In this document: piece by piece, positions 1 through 10,213 of the stretch
Layout: each line of letters opens with the position of its first letter
How positions within the stretch are numbered: position 1 is the first letter of the stretch
From: a virus
Taxonomy: Duplodnaviria > Caudoviricetes
Reading direction: 5' to 3' (one strand)
IMG/VR virus record: IMGVR_UViG_3300016464_000318
Coordinates: 1 to 40,721 of that record
DNA length: 40,721 bases
Position numbers and translations under genes: made by a program
The notes under the pieces: generated by a model
What the model saw: the letters and a program-made list of their open reading frames with translations, nothing else
Told to the model about the DNA's origin: nothing
Databases searched by the model: none

Positions 1-2135
1 TCGCGATCGGTGTCCAGGCCGCTGAGACCTACATCGACACGCTGATCACGCCGGTTCGCGTCCAGGCTGCGGAATACTATCGCGGCGCGCCGTTTGGCGA
101 CGAGGAGCAGGGTCGCTCGCAGGTCGTCCTGACTGAGGTCAGAGACACCATCCAGAGCATTTTGCCATCCCTCATGCGCATCTTCACATCCGGCCAGCGG
201 ATTGTTGAATATATGCCGCGCACGGCGGAAGACGTTTCTACTGCTGATCAAGCATCGGATGCGGTAAATTTCGTATTCAACGAAATGAACCCCGGCTTCC
301 AGATCCTCTACAGCGCATTCAAGGATGCGTTGCTTAAAAAGGTTGGCGTCGTCACCTGGTGGGCCGAGAGCGAAGACCGCGTCGTCGAGAGACATTTCTC
401 CGGCCTGCAGCGCGAAGAGCTGCTGCTGATGCTGCAGCAAAATCCGAATGCGCATCTGGTTTACGCTAACCCGGAGCCGCAGATTGATCCGATGCAGCCG
501 CCGACGTTCTCGGTGTGTGTGCGGCTCGTCGACCAGGAGAGAAAATATCGTGTTCGCGCATTGCCTCCTGAATGTTTTATCTGCGATCGGCGCGCTCGTG
601 ACACTGATAAGTTTTTTGATCTGGTCGGCTATCGCGACCTCGTTACGGTCTCAGAACTCATCGAGATGGGATACAACGAGGAAGACGTAATCGAACACGG
701 CTCACCCGGAGAAGACAATCTCTGGATCGCTCAGATGGAAGAATTTGAGCGCAACCGTGGCATGTATTTCCCGACAGACAACGACGACCCGTCGCTGCGT
801 CGCGTGAAATATATGAAAATCTTCATGCGCATCGACAAAGACGGCGATGGCGTTGCGGAACTGCGCTGCATTGAATGCATCGGTCGCGACTGCTTTATCC
901 TGAAAGATGAGATTGTCGATCACGTTCCGTTTGCGGTGTTCTGCCCCGACCCCGAGCCGCATGCGATCTTTGGACATTCTGTCGCTGACGTCACGATGGA
1001 TCTCCAGCGGATTAAATCGCACGTTATGCGCGCGACGCTGGACAGCCTGGCTCAGTCGATCTTCCCCCGCACGGTCGTCGTCGAGGGACAGGCCAATATT
1101 GATGACGTTCTGAACAAAGAGGTCGGCGCCGTCGTTCGCGTTCGCCAGGCCGGAGCTGTTCAGGACATGTCAACCCCGTTCGTCGGCCAGCCGGCGATGG
1201 GCATCATTGAGTATCTCGACGAGATCAAGGCTCAGCGCACGGGCGTCACGCCGGCGAGCCAGGGTCTGGATGCGGATCTCCTGCAGTCGACCACCAAGGC
1301 GGCTGTGACTGCGCAGATTTCCGCCTCTCAGGAGCGCATTGAGCTAATTGCCCGCACGTTTGCTGAAAACGGCATGAAGCAGCTGTTCGGCGGTCTGCTC
1401 AAGATGATCTGCCGCCACCAGGACAAGCCGCTCCTGGTGCGTCTGCGGGGCGAATACACGCAGGTCGACCCGACAACCTGGGATCCGAACATGGACTGCT
1501 CGGTCTCGGTTGCCCTTGGCCGTGGCGACGACGCGCAGCAGATGGCCTTCCTGACGACTGTCGCACAGAAGCAGGAGCAGATCCTGCAGCTGATGGGCGT
1601 CGGCAATCCTCTGGTGAAATTGAGCCAGTATCAGTCGACGCTGAGCCAGATCGTTCGCAAGGCGGGTTACAAGAACCCCGACGCCTTCTTCTCGCCGATT
1701 ACGCCCGAGCAGGAGGCTATGCTCGTCCAGCAGGCGGCAGCGGCCAAGGCGCAGCAGAAGGATCCAAACGTCCTCCTGGCCGAGGTCGAAATGGCGAAGG
1801 CGCAAGCTGAGACCTACGCCAAGCTCCAGCAGCTCGCGATTGATCGCGCGCAGCTCCAGCTGGATGCGGATCTCAAGCGCGACCAGATGGAGGCCGACAT
1901 CATCCTCAAGGCGGCTGATATTGCCGCAAAGAGCGGTGTGCAGGTGGATTGGCCCTCAATCATTGAGATGACCAGGAAGCCGCGTCAGGACATCCAGAAC
2001 CTCGCCCAGACGCTCATCGACAACGAGAAGCTCGCCTCCGCGCAGGTTCTCTCGCAGATCGGCATGGGTCAGCCCCAGCCGCAGGCACAGCCAATGCCGC
2101 AGCCTAATGCCCCCATGCCGCAGATGCCGCAATGA
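1..2135 (+). CDS. Portal protein, remainder (about 787 aa in total)
   Basis: Open frame from position 3; motifs YYRGAPFGDEEQGRSQVV, FKDALLKKVG, PEPHAIFGHS; directly after terL; Gln/Pro-rich C-terminus. Confidence 0.9.
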   Translation, partial: AIGVQAAETYIDTLITPVRVQAAEYYRGAPFGDEEQGRSQVVLTEVRDTIQSILPSLMRIFTSGQRIVEYMPRTAEDVSTADQASDAVNFVFNEMNPGFQILYSAFKDALLKKVGVVTWWAESEDRVVERHFSGLQREELLLMLQQNPNAHLVYANPEPQIDPMQPPTFSVCVRLVDQERKYRVRALPPECFICDRRARDTDKFFDLVGYRDLVTVSELIEMGYNEEDVIEHGSPGEDNLWIAQMEEFERNRGMYFPTDNDDPSLRRVKYMKIFMRIDKDGDGVAELRCIECIGRDCFILKDEIVDHVPFAVFCPDPEPHAIFGHSVADVTMDLQRIKSHVMRATLDSLAQSIFPRTVVVEGQANIDDVLNKEVGAVVRVRQAGAVQDMSTPFVGQPAMGIIEYLDEIKAQRTGVTPASQGLDADLLQSTTKAAVTAQISASQERIELIARTFAENGMKQLFGGLLKMICRHQDKPLLVRLRGEYTQVDPTTWDPNMDCSVSVALGRGDDAQQMAFLTTVAQKQEQILQLMGVGNPLVKLSQYQSTLSQIVRKAGYKNPDAFFSPITPEQEAMLVQQAAAAKAQQKDPNVLLAEVEMAKAQAETYAKLQQLAIDRAQLQLDADLKRDQMEADIILKAADIAAKSGVQVDWPSIIEMTRKPRQDIQNLAQTLIDNEKLASAQVLSQIGMGQPQPQAQPMPQPNAPMPQMPQ

Positions 2136-2416
2136 GCGATTTAGACGCTGAGCAACTCGCGCGTCAGGCGCAGAATATTCTCTCGTCCGACGCATACAAA
2201 ATCGCGATGGACAAGATTGAGGCCTACACGATCGAGATGTGGGCGAACGGGAACTTTAAGACGCCGCAAGAACGAGAAGAGGCCTACGGCCTCGTGCGCG
2301 GCGCACGGACGTTCCGAGCCAGGCTGAACGGCCTGCTTGAGGACGCGAAACTCAGCAAGGCACAAGCCGAGACGCGGGATCGATTGGCCCGTTCTCAAGG
2401 CATGCCTGCTCGCTGA
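2132..2416 (+). CDS. Small conserved head-module protein
   Basis: ATGA overlap with the portal stop; typical portal-scaffold spacer gene. Confidence 0.7.
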   Translation: MSDLDAEQLARQAQNILSSDAYKIAMDKIEAYTIEMWANGNFKTPQEREEAYGLVRGARTFRARLNGLLEDAKLSKAQAETRDRLARSQGMPAR

Positions 2417-2433
2417 GCAACCCAGGTAAATAA

Positions 2434-3453
2434 ATGTCTGAAGGAACTCAGGCGGCTCCGGCAAGCGAAAGCACCGGCACCGTAGAGGAAGCTGCGTCCA
2501 AAATCGAAGCGCTGCTGTCGGGCAAGAAGCCCGAGAAACGGCAAGCTGCTCCGGCAGCGGAAGCGGCAGAACCGGCGCCAGAGGCCATACAGGCCGACGA
2601 CGTCGCCACCGAGGATCTCCCGCCAGAGACGACGGCGCCCGATGAGGACGACGAGGCGGATGCTCCTCCCCCCGAAACCGATGATGAAGCTGAAGGCGAC
2701 CAAGAGCCGGAACCGCTCTACACCGTTAAAATTAACGGCAAGGAAGAGCAGGTTTCGCTCAAAGAAGCTCTCAACGGCTATCAACGGCAGCAGGATTACA
2801 CGCGAGCCAAGCAAGAGTTCGCCGCCGAGAAACGTGAATTTTCGTCAGAACTGGATGCGGCTCGACAGGAGCGTGAGATATACTCACAGCTGCTGCCGGC
2901 GCTGATCCAGCGGATGCAGTCGTCTATGCCGGCTGCGCCCGATCCGGCGCTGATTGACATGGATCCCTCGGCGTATCTTCGTCAAAAGGAAGCATACGAG
3001 CAGGCAATGGGTGATCTGCAGGCCGCTGTCTCTGAACAGTCGCGTCTGTCAGAACAAGGAAAGGTTGAGCAGCAGCGTCGCCTCCAAGCCTTTGTGGCAG
3101 AGAACGCAGCGAAGCTCCCGGAACTGATCCCAGAGTGGAAGGATCGCAAAGCCTACGAACGCGATCGCCCCAAGGTTCGGGAATATCTCGTGTCGCGTGG
3201 TTTCTCCGACGAGGAGATCAACCAGGCATACGACGCCCGGCTTGTCGCGATGGCGGCGGATGGAATGCGTTACCGGGAACTGCTGAAAGGCAAGATCCGG
3301 CCAGTGGCGCCAGCTCCGCAGAAGGCTTTGAAGCCTAACCCGCCAAGCTCTGCTCCTCCGAAGGTAAATCGCGACGCACAGGCTGCGCGCAATCGTCTCG
3401 CTAAATCTGGCCGCGTGGAAGATGCCGCTGCGGCCATTCGCGCACTCCTTTAA
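2434..3453 (+). CDS. Capsid scaffolding protein
   Basis: Acidic Pro/Ala-rich N-terminus, YTVKINGKEEQVSLKEALNGYQRQQDYTR motif, coiled coils, C-terminal helix RLAKSGRVEDAAAAIRALL; precedes the major capsid gene. Confidence 0.85.
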   Translation: MSEGTQAAPASESTGTVEEAASKIEALLSGKKPEKRQAAPAAEAAEPAPEAIQADDVATEDLPPETTAPDEDDEADAPPPETDDEAEGDQEPEPLYTVKINGKEEQVSLKEALNGYQRQQDYTRAKQEFAAEKREFSSELDAARQEREIYSQLLPALIQRMQSSMPAAPDPALIDMDPSAYLRQKEAYEQAMGDLQAAVSEQSRLSEQGKVEQQRRLQAFVAENAAKLPELIPEWKDRKAYERDRPKVREYLVSRGFSDEEINQAYDARLVAMAADGMRYRELLKGKIRPVAPAPQKALKPNPPSSAPPKVNRDAQAARNRLAKSGRVEDAAAAIRALL

Positions 3454-3465
3454 TGGACTAGAGAA

Positions 3466-4464
3466 ATGGCTACGGTAACTCGTTACGACTACTCTTCTTC
3501 GATCCGCGAGGATCTTGAGGACATCATCTATAATATCTCGCCGACCAAGACGGCGTTTATGAACAATGTTGGTCGCACGACTGCGGACAACACCTACCAT
3601 GAATGGCAGACCGATATTCTTGCCGATGCTAACGGTTCGAATGCGGCGGTCGAAGGCGCTGACGCCACCGATACGGCCTTTGTGGCCCCGTCGCGTTGCG
3701 GCAACTACACCCAGATCTCGACGAAGACGCTTAACGTCTCCGGCACCTCTGGCGCGGTTGACGCTGCGGGCATGAAGACGATTGAGGCTTACCTCATCGC
3801 CAAGCACGGCAAAGAGCTGAAGCGCGACATGGAGACGATCCTCCTGTCGAACCAGGCTGCGGTTGCTGGCGACGCCTCGACGGCTCGTAAGCTCGCGGGC
3901 TTCCCGACCTGGATCAAGACGACTGCTCAGACGCCTGCCGGTAACGGTATCGTCGTCGGCACCGTCACTGGCCCGGCGTATTCGGGTGGCGCTTCGACGG
4001 TCTCGGGCGCTCCGACGACCGCCTGGACGCTGACGAGCGGTTCGGCTGCTTTCACGGAAACGAACCTGAAAGACGCCATCCGCAATATGTATCAGAAGGG
4101 TGGCGAACCCAAGATGATGCTCGTTTCGCCGGTCAACAAAACCCGCGTGTCGGGCTTTGCTGGTCTGTCGCAGACGCGCGTCAACACTGAGGTGAAGAAC
4201 GGTCAGGCCACGATTGTTGGGTCTGCGGATCTTTATTTGAGCGATTTTGGCCCGCTCGACATCGTTCCGTCGCTCTTTTGCAACGGCAACTTTGCCTACT
4301 TTGTCGACCCGGACTACGCGAAGGTTGCGTATCTCCGTCCGTTCCAGCGCACTGAGCTGGCTCGCACGGGTGACGCGAAACGCTCGCAGCTCCTGGCCGA
4401 ATACACCCTGGTGGTCAATTCGCCCTACGCGCATGCCGTTGTAGCAAATATAACGAACACCTAA
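3466..4464 (+). CDS. Major capsid protein (DUF5309/SU10-like family)
   Basis: REDLEDIIYNISPTKT, HEWQTD, GNYTQI, KELKRDME, LARTGDAKRSQLLAEYTL motifs; followed by a terminator. Confidence 0.9.
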   Translation: MATVTRYDYSSSIREDLEDIIYNISPTKTAFMNNVGRTTADNTYHEWQTDILADANGSNAAVEGADATDTAFVAPSRCGNYTQISTKTLNVSGTSGAVDAAGMKTIEAYLIAKHGKELKRDMETILLSNQAAVAGDASTARKLAGFPTWIKTTAQTPAGNGIVVGTVTGPAYSGGASTVSGAPTTAWTLTSGSAAFTETNLKDAIRNMYQKGGEPKMMLVSPVNKTRVSGFAGLSQTRVNTEVKNGQATIVGSADLYLSDFGPLDIVPSLFCNGNFAYFVDPDYAKVAYLRPFQRTELARTGDAKRSQLLAEYTLVVNSPYAHAVVANITNT

Positions 4465-4487
4465 TCAGGGTTCTACATCATCAATCA

Positions 4488-4517
4488 GAGGGGTCGCTTT
4501 CGAGCGGCCCTTTTTTT
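4488..4517 (+). terminator. Rho-independent terminator after the capsid gene
   Basis: GGGTCGCT-TTCG-AGCGGCCC stem-loop followed by T7. Confidence 0.88.
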
Positions 4518-4529
4518 ATGGGCGGATAA

Positions 4530-4856
4530 ATGGCCGAGAATTATCGCAAGATCGACGATCCGAATTTCGATTACGACCCGCTCAACGGAGTGCGTCAAAG
4601 GCTTGTCATTGAGCAGGACGGCGGCGTCCATTTAGAGACAACGCAGGATGTTGATCACATCCTAAAGGCGGCGCACGAAAGTCGCATGAATTATTCCAAG
4701 CACGAAAAGCTCGGCGACGACGTCAAGATCGCGTCGATCCCCATGCTCATCCAGGCCGACCTGATGAAACAGGGCATCTGGCAGGACAAGAAGCGGCTTT
4801 TCGCGTGGCTTATGAATGAAGGCCGGCCCTTCCTGACGCGGGACATTTCGCTTTGA
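4530..4856 (+). CDS. Hypothetical conserved phage protein
   Basis: QDVDHILK...KIASIP motif typical of post-capsid genes in this phage group; coupled to the next gene. Confidence 0.7.
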   Translation: MAENYRKIDDPNFDYDPLNGVRQRLVIEQDGGVHLETTQDVDHILKAAHESRMNYSKHEKLGDDVKIASIPMLIQADLMKQGIWQDKKRLFAWLMNEGRPFLTRDISL

Positions 4857-5548
4857 CGACCTTCGCAAACCCGACATTTACCGCTGATTTTCAGGGTCTC
4901 TGCAATAAGATCGCAGACACCATGAACCGGCAGGATCTGACGTCGGTTATTCCTGATTTTGTGTCTCTCGCGACGACGCGGATCCAGAGGGATATGTCGC
5001 GGGTCAAGCACCCGATGATGATCAAGCGCGCCCAGGCGTCGGTGATCGATAACTATGTCCCGCTGCCGATCGATTTCATCTCGGCTTATCAGCTCGCCGA
5101 GCAGGACACGAATAATTTCATCGCCTACATCACGCCAGATCAGTCGATGACGGTGCAGTCGCAGGGCTGGAACCCTTCGCAATCGCCTGTGCCGATCCTG
5201 CCGCCGTATTGGTCTCCGACCGGCAGCGCGCTCTACTACACGATCATCGGCAACCGCATCCGCATGGTTCCAGCGCCGGGCCAGGCGGCTCCTGAACTGC
5301 TTGACCTTTGGTATTACGCCAAGATCGACCCGCTGAATAACACGACGACGACGAACTGGGTTCTGTCTCGTTATCCCGATCTCTACCTCTACGGCGCACT
5401 CGTTCACACGGCTCCTTATCTCAAGGATGACGAACGCATCGCCGTCTGGGACGGCCTGTATCAGGGCATCCTGCGCGACATTGAGGTCGAGGCTGATCGG
5501 GCAAACCGCCCGCAATCGAAACTGGTCGCGGCTCGCCGCAGCTTCTGA
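4853..5548 (+). CDS. Head-tail adaptor / tail tubular protein A-like
   Basis: TTG start overlapping the upstream TGA; LNRQDLTSVIPDF-like, LPIDF and TNWVLSRYPDLYLYGALVH motifs. Confidence 0.75.
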   Translation: MTTFANPTFTADFQGLCNKIADTMNRQDLTSVIPDFVSLATTRIQRDMSRVKHPMMIKRAQASVIDNYVPLPIDFISAYQLAEQDTNNFIAYITPDQSMTVQSQGWNPSQSPVPILPPYWSPTGSALYYTIIGNRIRMVPAPGQAAPELLDLWYYAKIDPLNNTTTTNWVLSRYPDLYLYGALVHTAPYLKDDERIAVWDGLYQGILRDIEVEADRANRPQSKLVAARRSF

Positions 5549-5558
5549 GGAAATATCT

Positions 5559-5801
5559 ATGCCCGCAACTCAGCTCTCCTCTCTTGTTCCTGACACGGCT
5601 GCGGCTGTGACGACGTCGGACACGGATCCGAATGTATTCACCCGCCTCTACATCGGCGGCGCCGGCAATGTGGCTGTCGTCACTGAGGCCGGAAATACGG
5701 TGACGTTCACCGCCGTCCCTGTCGGCACCTCGCTCGACATCCGCACGAAACAGGTTCTCGCGACCGGCACGACGGCGACGAACATCGTCGGTATGCTTTA
5801 A
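5559..5801 (+). CDS. Head spike base-like protein (resembles the RcGTA Rcc01079 family)
   Basis: GAGG RBS and ATG at 5559; AAAVTTSD...LYIGGAGNVAV...VTFTAVPVG...QVLATGTTATNIV pattern. Confidence 0.7.
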   Translation: MPATQLSSLVPDTAAAVTTSDTDPNVFTRLYIGGAGNVAVVTEAGNTVTFTAVPVGTSLDIRTKQVLATGTTATNIVGML

Positions 5802-5813
5802 GGATAATCGAAA

Positions 5814-6221
5814 ATGGCTGTTACCTACTCTGCCACACTTAAAACGAACCGTATGCAGCTGGTTGCCGACCTAATCGCCGGCAAAGTGGCTGCTTCCTCA
5901 ACCGGCACGGCCTCTGCTGGCTCAATCGTAGTCGGCACGTCGGCGCTTTCTGGTGCTACTGGTGTTCTCGTTACTTTCACGCTGAGCGCGACGCCTGGAA
6001 CGGTTGCTGGCTCCGTGTTCACGATCTCCGGCACGCCAATTACCGCTACTGCTACCGGAACAGGAACGGCAGCACTTGCTGAAATCCGTGACAATGCCGG
6101 CAACGTGATTGTTTCCGGTCTGACTGTCGGCACGAGCGCGACCGACATCATCATCAATGCGACATCTGTTTCTACGGGCCAGACGGTCACGCTTTCGAGC
6201 GGGACGATTACACACGGCTAA
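5814..6221 (+). CDS. Ser/Thr/Gly-rich virion structural protein
   Basis: ATGTAALAEIRDNAG...GLTVGTSATDIIIN...GQTVTLSSGTITHG pattern; located in the structural module. Confidence 0.65.
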   Translation: MAVTYSATLKTNRMQLVADLIAGKVAASSTGTASAGSIVVGTSALSGATGVLVTFTLSATPGTVAGSVFTISGTPITATATGTGTAALAEIRDNAGNVIVSGLTVGTSATDIIINATSVSTGQTVTLSSGTITHG

Positions 6222-6242
6222 TAGAAAAGCGGGCTATTCATC

Positions 6243-7745
6243 ATGGCAAAACTCTATAACCGAGCGAAGATGTCCACGGCCACTACCGGCACGGGAACCA
6301 TCACGCTCGGCTCTGCAGTCACCGGCTATCAGTCGTTCTCGGCTGCGGGCGTCTCTAACGGAGACGTAGTCAGTTACACCATTGAGGATGGCACCGCCTG
6401 GGAATACGGCACCGGCACGTACACGGCCTCTGGCACGACGCTTAGCCGCACTTTAGGTCAATCCAGCACTGGTTCGCTGTTGAGCCTTTCAGGCACGGCT
6501 GTTGTCTTTATATCTGCACTAGCAGCTGATGTCTGGACGTCAACCTATACGACCTCTGGCACCGGCTCCGTAATCGCTCTGACGACCTCTCCGACGCTGA
6601 CGACGCCGAACCTCGGAACGCCGTCTGCTGCTACACTGACCAATGCCACTGGCCTGCCGCTGTCTACCGGCGTGACGGGAACGCTGCCGGTCGCTAATGG
6701 CGGCACGGGGGCCACGACGCTCTCCGGTATCGTCAAGGGAAGCGGCACGAGCGCGTTTACGGCTGCGACGGCTGGCACGGATTACCTCGCGCCTCCTTCC
6801 GGCACGGCTATTCTGAAAGCCAATTCTGGCGGCGCGTTGGCGAACGCTGCGGCTGGCACCGATTACGTCGCTCCGGGTGGCGCGCTCGGCACACCATCTA
6901 GCGGCACTCTCACGAACTGCACCGGATTACCCGTTTCTACGGGCGTCTCTGGCCTTGGCACTGGTGTCGCCACGGCGCTCGCGGTCAATGTTGGCTCGGC
7001 GGGTGCGCCTGTGGTCAACGGCGGCGCATTAGGAACGCCGTCCAGCGGAACTTTAACGAACGCCACCGGCCTTCCGATTAGTACAGGCGTCTCCGGCCTC
7101 GGAACCGGCGTTGCGACGGCTCTTGCGGTTGCTGTCGGCTCTGCTGGCGCTCCTGTCGTTAACGGCGGCGCGCTCGGCACTCCCTCGTCTGGAACGCTTA
7201 CGAACGCGACCGGCTTGCCTCTGTCCACTGGCGTCACCGGGACGCTGCCAGTAGCGAACGGCGGCACCGGCATAACCTCGCTCGGTTCTGGCGTGGCGAC
7301 CTTCCTAGGCACCCCTTCCTCTGCGAACCTCGCGGCGGCTGTAACGGACGAAACTGGCTCCGGCGCTCTCGTGTTTGGCACCAGCCCAAGCCTGACGACG
7401 CCGACGCTCACCAACCCGACTGTCACAAATTATCTGGAAAGCGTTGTAGCAATCGGTAACTCCGGCACGACACAGACGCTTTCTCTGACAAGCGGCACGG
7501 TGCAGACGATCACGATGACCGGCAACTGCACCTTCACGATGCCTACTGCAACGGCGGGTAAGTCATTCATCCTTATTCTGACGCAAGACGCTACTGGTTC
7601 GCGCACGGCTGTGTTCACCTCTGTTAAATGGCCTGCCGGAACCGCGCCGACGCTGACGACAACGGCCTCAACTGGCCGCGATATTATCGCTTTCGTCTCT
7701 GACGGGACGAACTGGTATGGCACCGCTGTGCAGGCTTTCGCTTAA
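6243..7745 (+). CDS. Fibre protein with internal repeats
   Basis: N-terminus [26 protein letters not shown]; [11 protein letters not shown] and [11 protein letters not shown] repeats; C-terminal QDATGSRT...[12 protein letters not shown] domain. Confidence 0.8.
   Translation: MAKLYNRAKMSTATTGTGTITLGSAVTGYQSFSAAGVSNGDVVSYTIEDGTAWEYGTGTYTASGTTLSRTLGQSSTGSLLSLSGTAVVFISALAADVWTSTYTTSGTGSVIALTTSPTLTTPNLGTPSAATLTNATGLPLSTGVTGTLPVANGGTGATTLSGIVKGSGTSAFTAATAGTDYLAPPSGTAILKANSGGALANAAAGTDYVAPGGALGTPSSGTLTNCTGLPVSTGVSGLGTGVATALAVNVGSAGAPVVNGGALGTPSSGTLTNATGLPISTGVSGLGTGVATALAVAVGSAGAPVVNGGALGTPSSGTLTNATGLPLSTGVTGTLPVANGGTGITSLGSGVATFLGTPSSANLAAAVTDETGSGALVFGTSPSLTTPTLTNPTVTNYLESVVAIGNSGTTQTLSLTSGTVQTITMTGNCTFTMPTATAGKSFILILTQDATGSRTAVFTSVKWPAGTAPTLTTTASTGRDIIAFVSDGTNWYGTAVQAFA
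6876..7271 (+). repeat. 144-nt (48-aa) tandem repeats in the fibre gene
   Basis: Units start at 6876, 7020 and 7164 (third partial); 45/48 aa identical between units 1 and 2; related unit near 6610. Confidence 0.9.
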
Positions 7746-10213
7746 TGTTTAGCGCCAAAGACATCTTTCTGACGAAGGCCAAGGGCGGCTACACCATCGC
7801 CAAGAGCCTGCGCTTTCGCTCGTCTGCGTCTGCTTATTTGAGCAGGACGAACGTAGCAACTCCAACAAACAATAAGATATTCACGGTTTCAAAATGGGTG
7901 AAGCGCGGAACAATTAACGACGCAACATCATTTGAAAACCTGCTTGGCGGAACTGCTACGCAAAGTGATACGTTTGGTTTCGGTTCAGTCACAAACAACG
8001 CTGGCGATAGCATACAGCTACGAGACGCGTCTGTTGGCAGCTATAATCTACTTACGACGCAAGTATTTCGTGACCCGTCTGCGTGGTATCATTTGGTTCT
8101 TTCCATTGATACAACGCAGGCCACGGCTGCAAATCGCGTTAAGCTGTATGTAAATGGTGTTCAAGTAACATCGTTTTCAACGGCTACATATCCGGCGCAA
8201 AACTATGTATTTGAATGGAATGCAGCGTCTACCGCGACTGTCATAGCTAGACGAAATAGCGTTTCCGCCACATATCTATTCGACGGCTACCTATCCGAAG
8301 CCTATTTCATCGACGGACAAGCGCTAGACCCGACCTATTTCGGCCAGACAGACACGGCTACCGGCGTCTGGATGCCGAAGGCTTACACCGGCTCGTATGG
8401 CACAAACGGCTTCTATCTTAAATTTGCTGACGCCAGCGCTGCGACGGCTGCGGCTATCGGCAAAGACAGCAGCCCGAACGGCAACAATTGGACGCCGAAT
8501 AATATCTCTGTGACGGCGGGCGTCACCTACGACAGCATGGTTGATACGCCGACAAACTACGATAACGGCGGGAATGGCGCGGGGAATTATGCGGTTCTTA
8601 ATCCGCTTGCTGTAAGCTCCAACGCAGCAACGATGTCAAATGCTAATCTTAGCTTCAGCCCAAGCCCAGCGACCAATACTAGGCGTCAAGGAACAATCGC
8701 CGTTTCTACAGGTAAATGGTACTTTGAAGTTTCACCAACCACCCTAGGCGGAAATTTTCCGGCCATAGGAGTTATGCTTGCGACGACAAACGATTTCAAT
8801 AACTACGTTGGCGCAGAAGCAGGAACATTTGGTTACTATTCTTCTGGGGGTGTAAATGGTGGCGGCGGTGGCAGGACGTATTCCTCATATACGACAACGG
8901 ATATAATCGGTGTAGCAATTGATTGTGATAATAGTCAGATAACGTTCTATAAAAATAATAGCAACGCTGTAACGTCAGGCACAACATATGAAAGCCTAAC
9001 GGCAGGCGCTTCGTATATACCGGCTGCATCTGGATATAATAGCGCCGTATTTGTATTTAACTTTGGGCAGCGAGGTTTTGATAATTCAACTGTATGGGCG
9101 ACATTAAAGGCCTCTGGCTTCAAAGCGCTCTGCACACAGAACCTACCCACGCCGACGATTGGCGCGACTAGCAGCACAAACGCCGCTAATTATATGGCCG
9201 TAACAACATGGAGCGGAAACAGCGGGACGCAGAACATTTCCAATGCTGTAAATGGCTATTCTTTCCAGCCAGATTTCATCTGGTCAAAATGTCGAAACTC
9301 CGCCAGAAGCCACAGATTGATTGACGCCGTTAGAGGGGCGTCTAAGCAACTATATTCGGATTATGTTGCGGTATCGGAAGCGACGCCGACTTCAATCACC
9401 GCCTTTCTATCCAATGGTTTCACGACATATAATGATCCGACCGATGCGTATAATGTTACCGGTGAGACATATGTTTCTTGGCAATGGAAGGGCGGCAACG
9501 GCACGTCAAACATCGCTGTAAACGCTTACGGCTCCACGCCATCAATCGCCAGCGCCGTCAGCGCGAATGTCACGGCGGGGTTTTCGGTTGTGACTTATAC
9601 CGGAAATCTTACCGCAGGAGCGACAATAGGACATGGGTTAGGTGTTGCACCAAAGATGGTAATTGTTAAAGACCGCGATACTGCGGCTACGGATTGGGCT
9701 GTTTACCACGCATCAATCGGGAATACTGGCGCTGTTAGGTTAAACCTGACAAACGCAACAGATACAGCAGTTCAGTATTGGAACAACACTTCACCGACAT
9801 CCACAGTATTTAGCGTTGGCGCTGGCGGTTTTACGAATGGAAGCGGAAAGAAAATCGTCGCCTACTGCTTTGCCGAAGTCGCTGGCTACTCGAAATTCGG
9901 CAGCTATACGGGTAACGGTTCGACTGATGGGCCGTTCGTGTATTGCGGGTTTAGGCCGCGCTTCATTATGCTGAAATGTTCTGGCGCTGCTGAAAACTGG
10001 CAAATCTACGACACGGCACGCGATACATATAACGTGGTGGGCTTGCAGTTGCTTCCTAATTCTAGCGCGGCGGAAGCCGCTTCGTCTGTTCTTGATGTTT
10101 TATCCAACGGTTTTAAGTTGCGAAACTCAGCGGCTGGCGGAAACCAAGCACAGACATACATATACGCGGCTTTTGCGGAAAGCCCATTTTCCGTGAATAA
10201 TAGGGCCAGATAA
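7745..10213 (+). CDS. Receptor-binding/fibre protein with LamG (ConA-like) and SPRY-like domains
   Basis: SLRFRSSASAYLSRT, FRDPSAWYHLV, GKWYFEV, FQPDFIWSKCR, GFRPRFIMLK, YIYAAFAESPF motifs. Confidence 0.8.
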   Translation: MFSAKDIFLTKAKGGYTIAKSLRFRSSASAYLSRTNVATPTNNKIFTVSKWVKRGTINDATSFENLLGGTATQSDTFGFGSVTNNAGDSIQLRDASVGSYNLLTTQVFRDPSAWYHLVLSIDTTQATAANRVKLYVNGVQVTSFSTATYPAQNYVFEWNAASTATVIARRNSVSATYLFDGYLSEAYFIDGQALDPTYFGQTDTATGVWMPKAYTGSYGTNGFYLKFADASAATAAAIGKDSSPNGNNWTPNNISVTAGVTYDSMVDTPTNYDNGGNGAGNYAVLNPLAVSSNAATMSNANLSFSPSPATNTRRQGTIAVSTGKWYFEVSPTTLGGNFPAIGVMLATTNDFNNYVGAEAGTFGYYSSGGVNGGGGGRTYSSYTTTDIIGVAIDCDNSQITFYKNNSNAVTSGTTYESLTAGASYIPAASGYNSAVFVFNFGQRGFDNSTVWATLKASGFKALCTQNLPTPTIGATSSTNAANYMAVTTWSGNSGTQNISNAVNGYSFQPDFIWSKCRNSARSHRLIDAVRGASKQLYSDYVAVSEATPTSITAFLSNGFTTYNDPTDAYNVTGETYVSWQWKGGNGTSNIAVNAYGSTPSIASAVSANVTAGFSVVTYTGNLTAGATIGHGLGVAPKMVIVKDRDTAATDWAVYHASIGNTGAVRLNLTNATDTAVQYWNNTSPTSTVFSVGAGGFTNGSGKKIVAYCFAEVAGYSKFGSYTGNGSTDGPFVYCGFRPRFIMLKCSGAAENWQIYDTARDTYNVVGLQLLPNSSAAEAASSVLDVLSNGFKLRNSAAGGNQAQTYIYAAFAESPFSVNNRAR

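Noticed and set aside
3049-4434. 461-aa minus-strand ORF and other long antisense ORFs (4691..5515, 18169..18948, 37619..38272)
   Set aside because: Shadows of GC-biased sense genes; no motifs, RBS or operon context.
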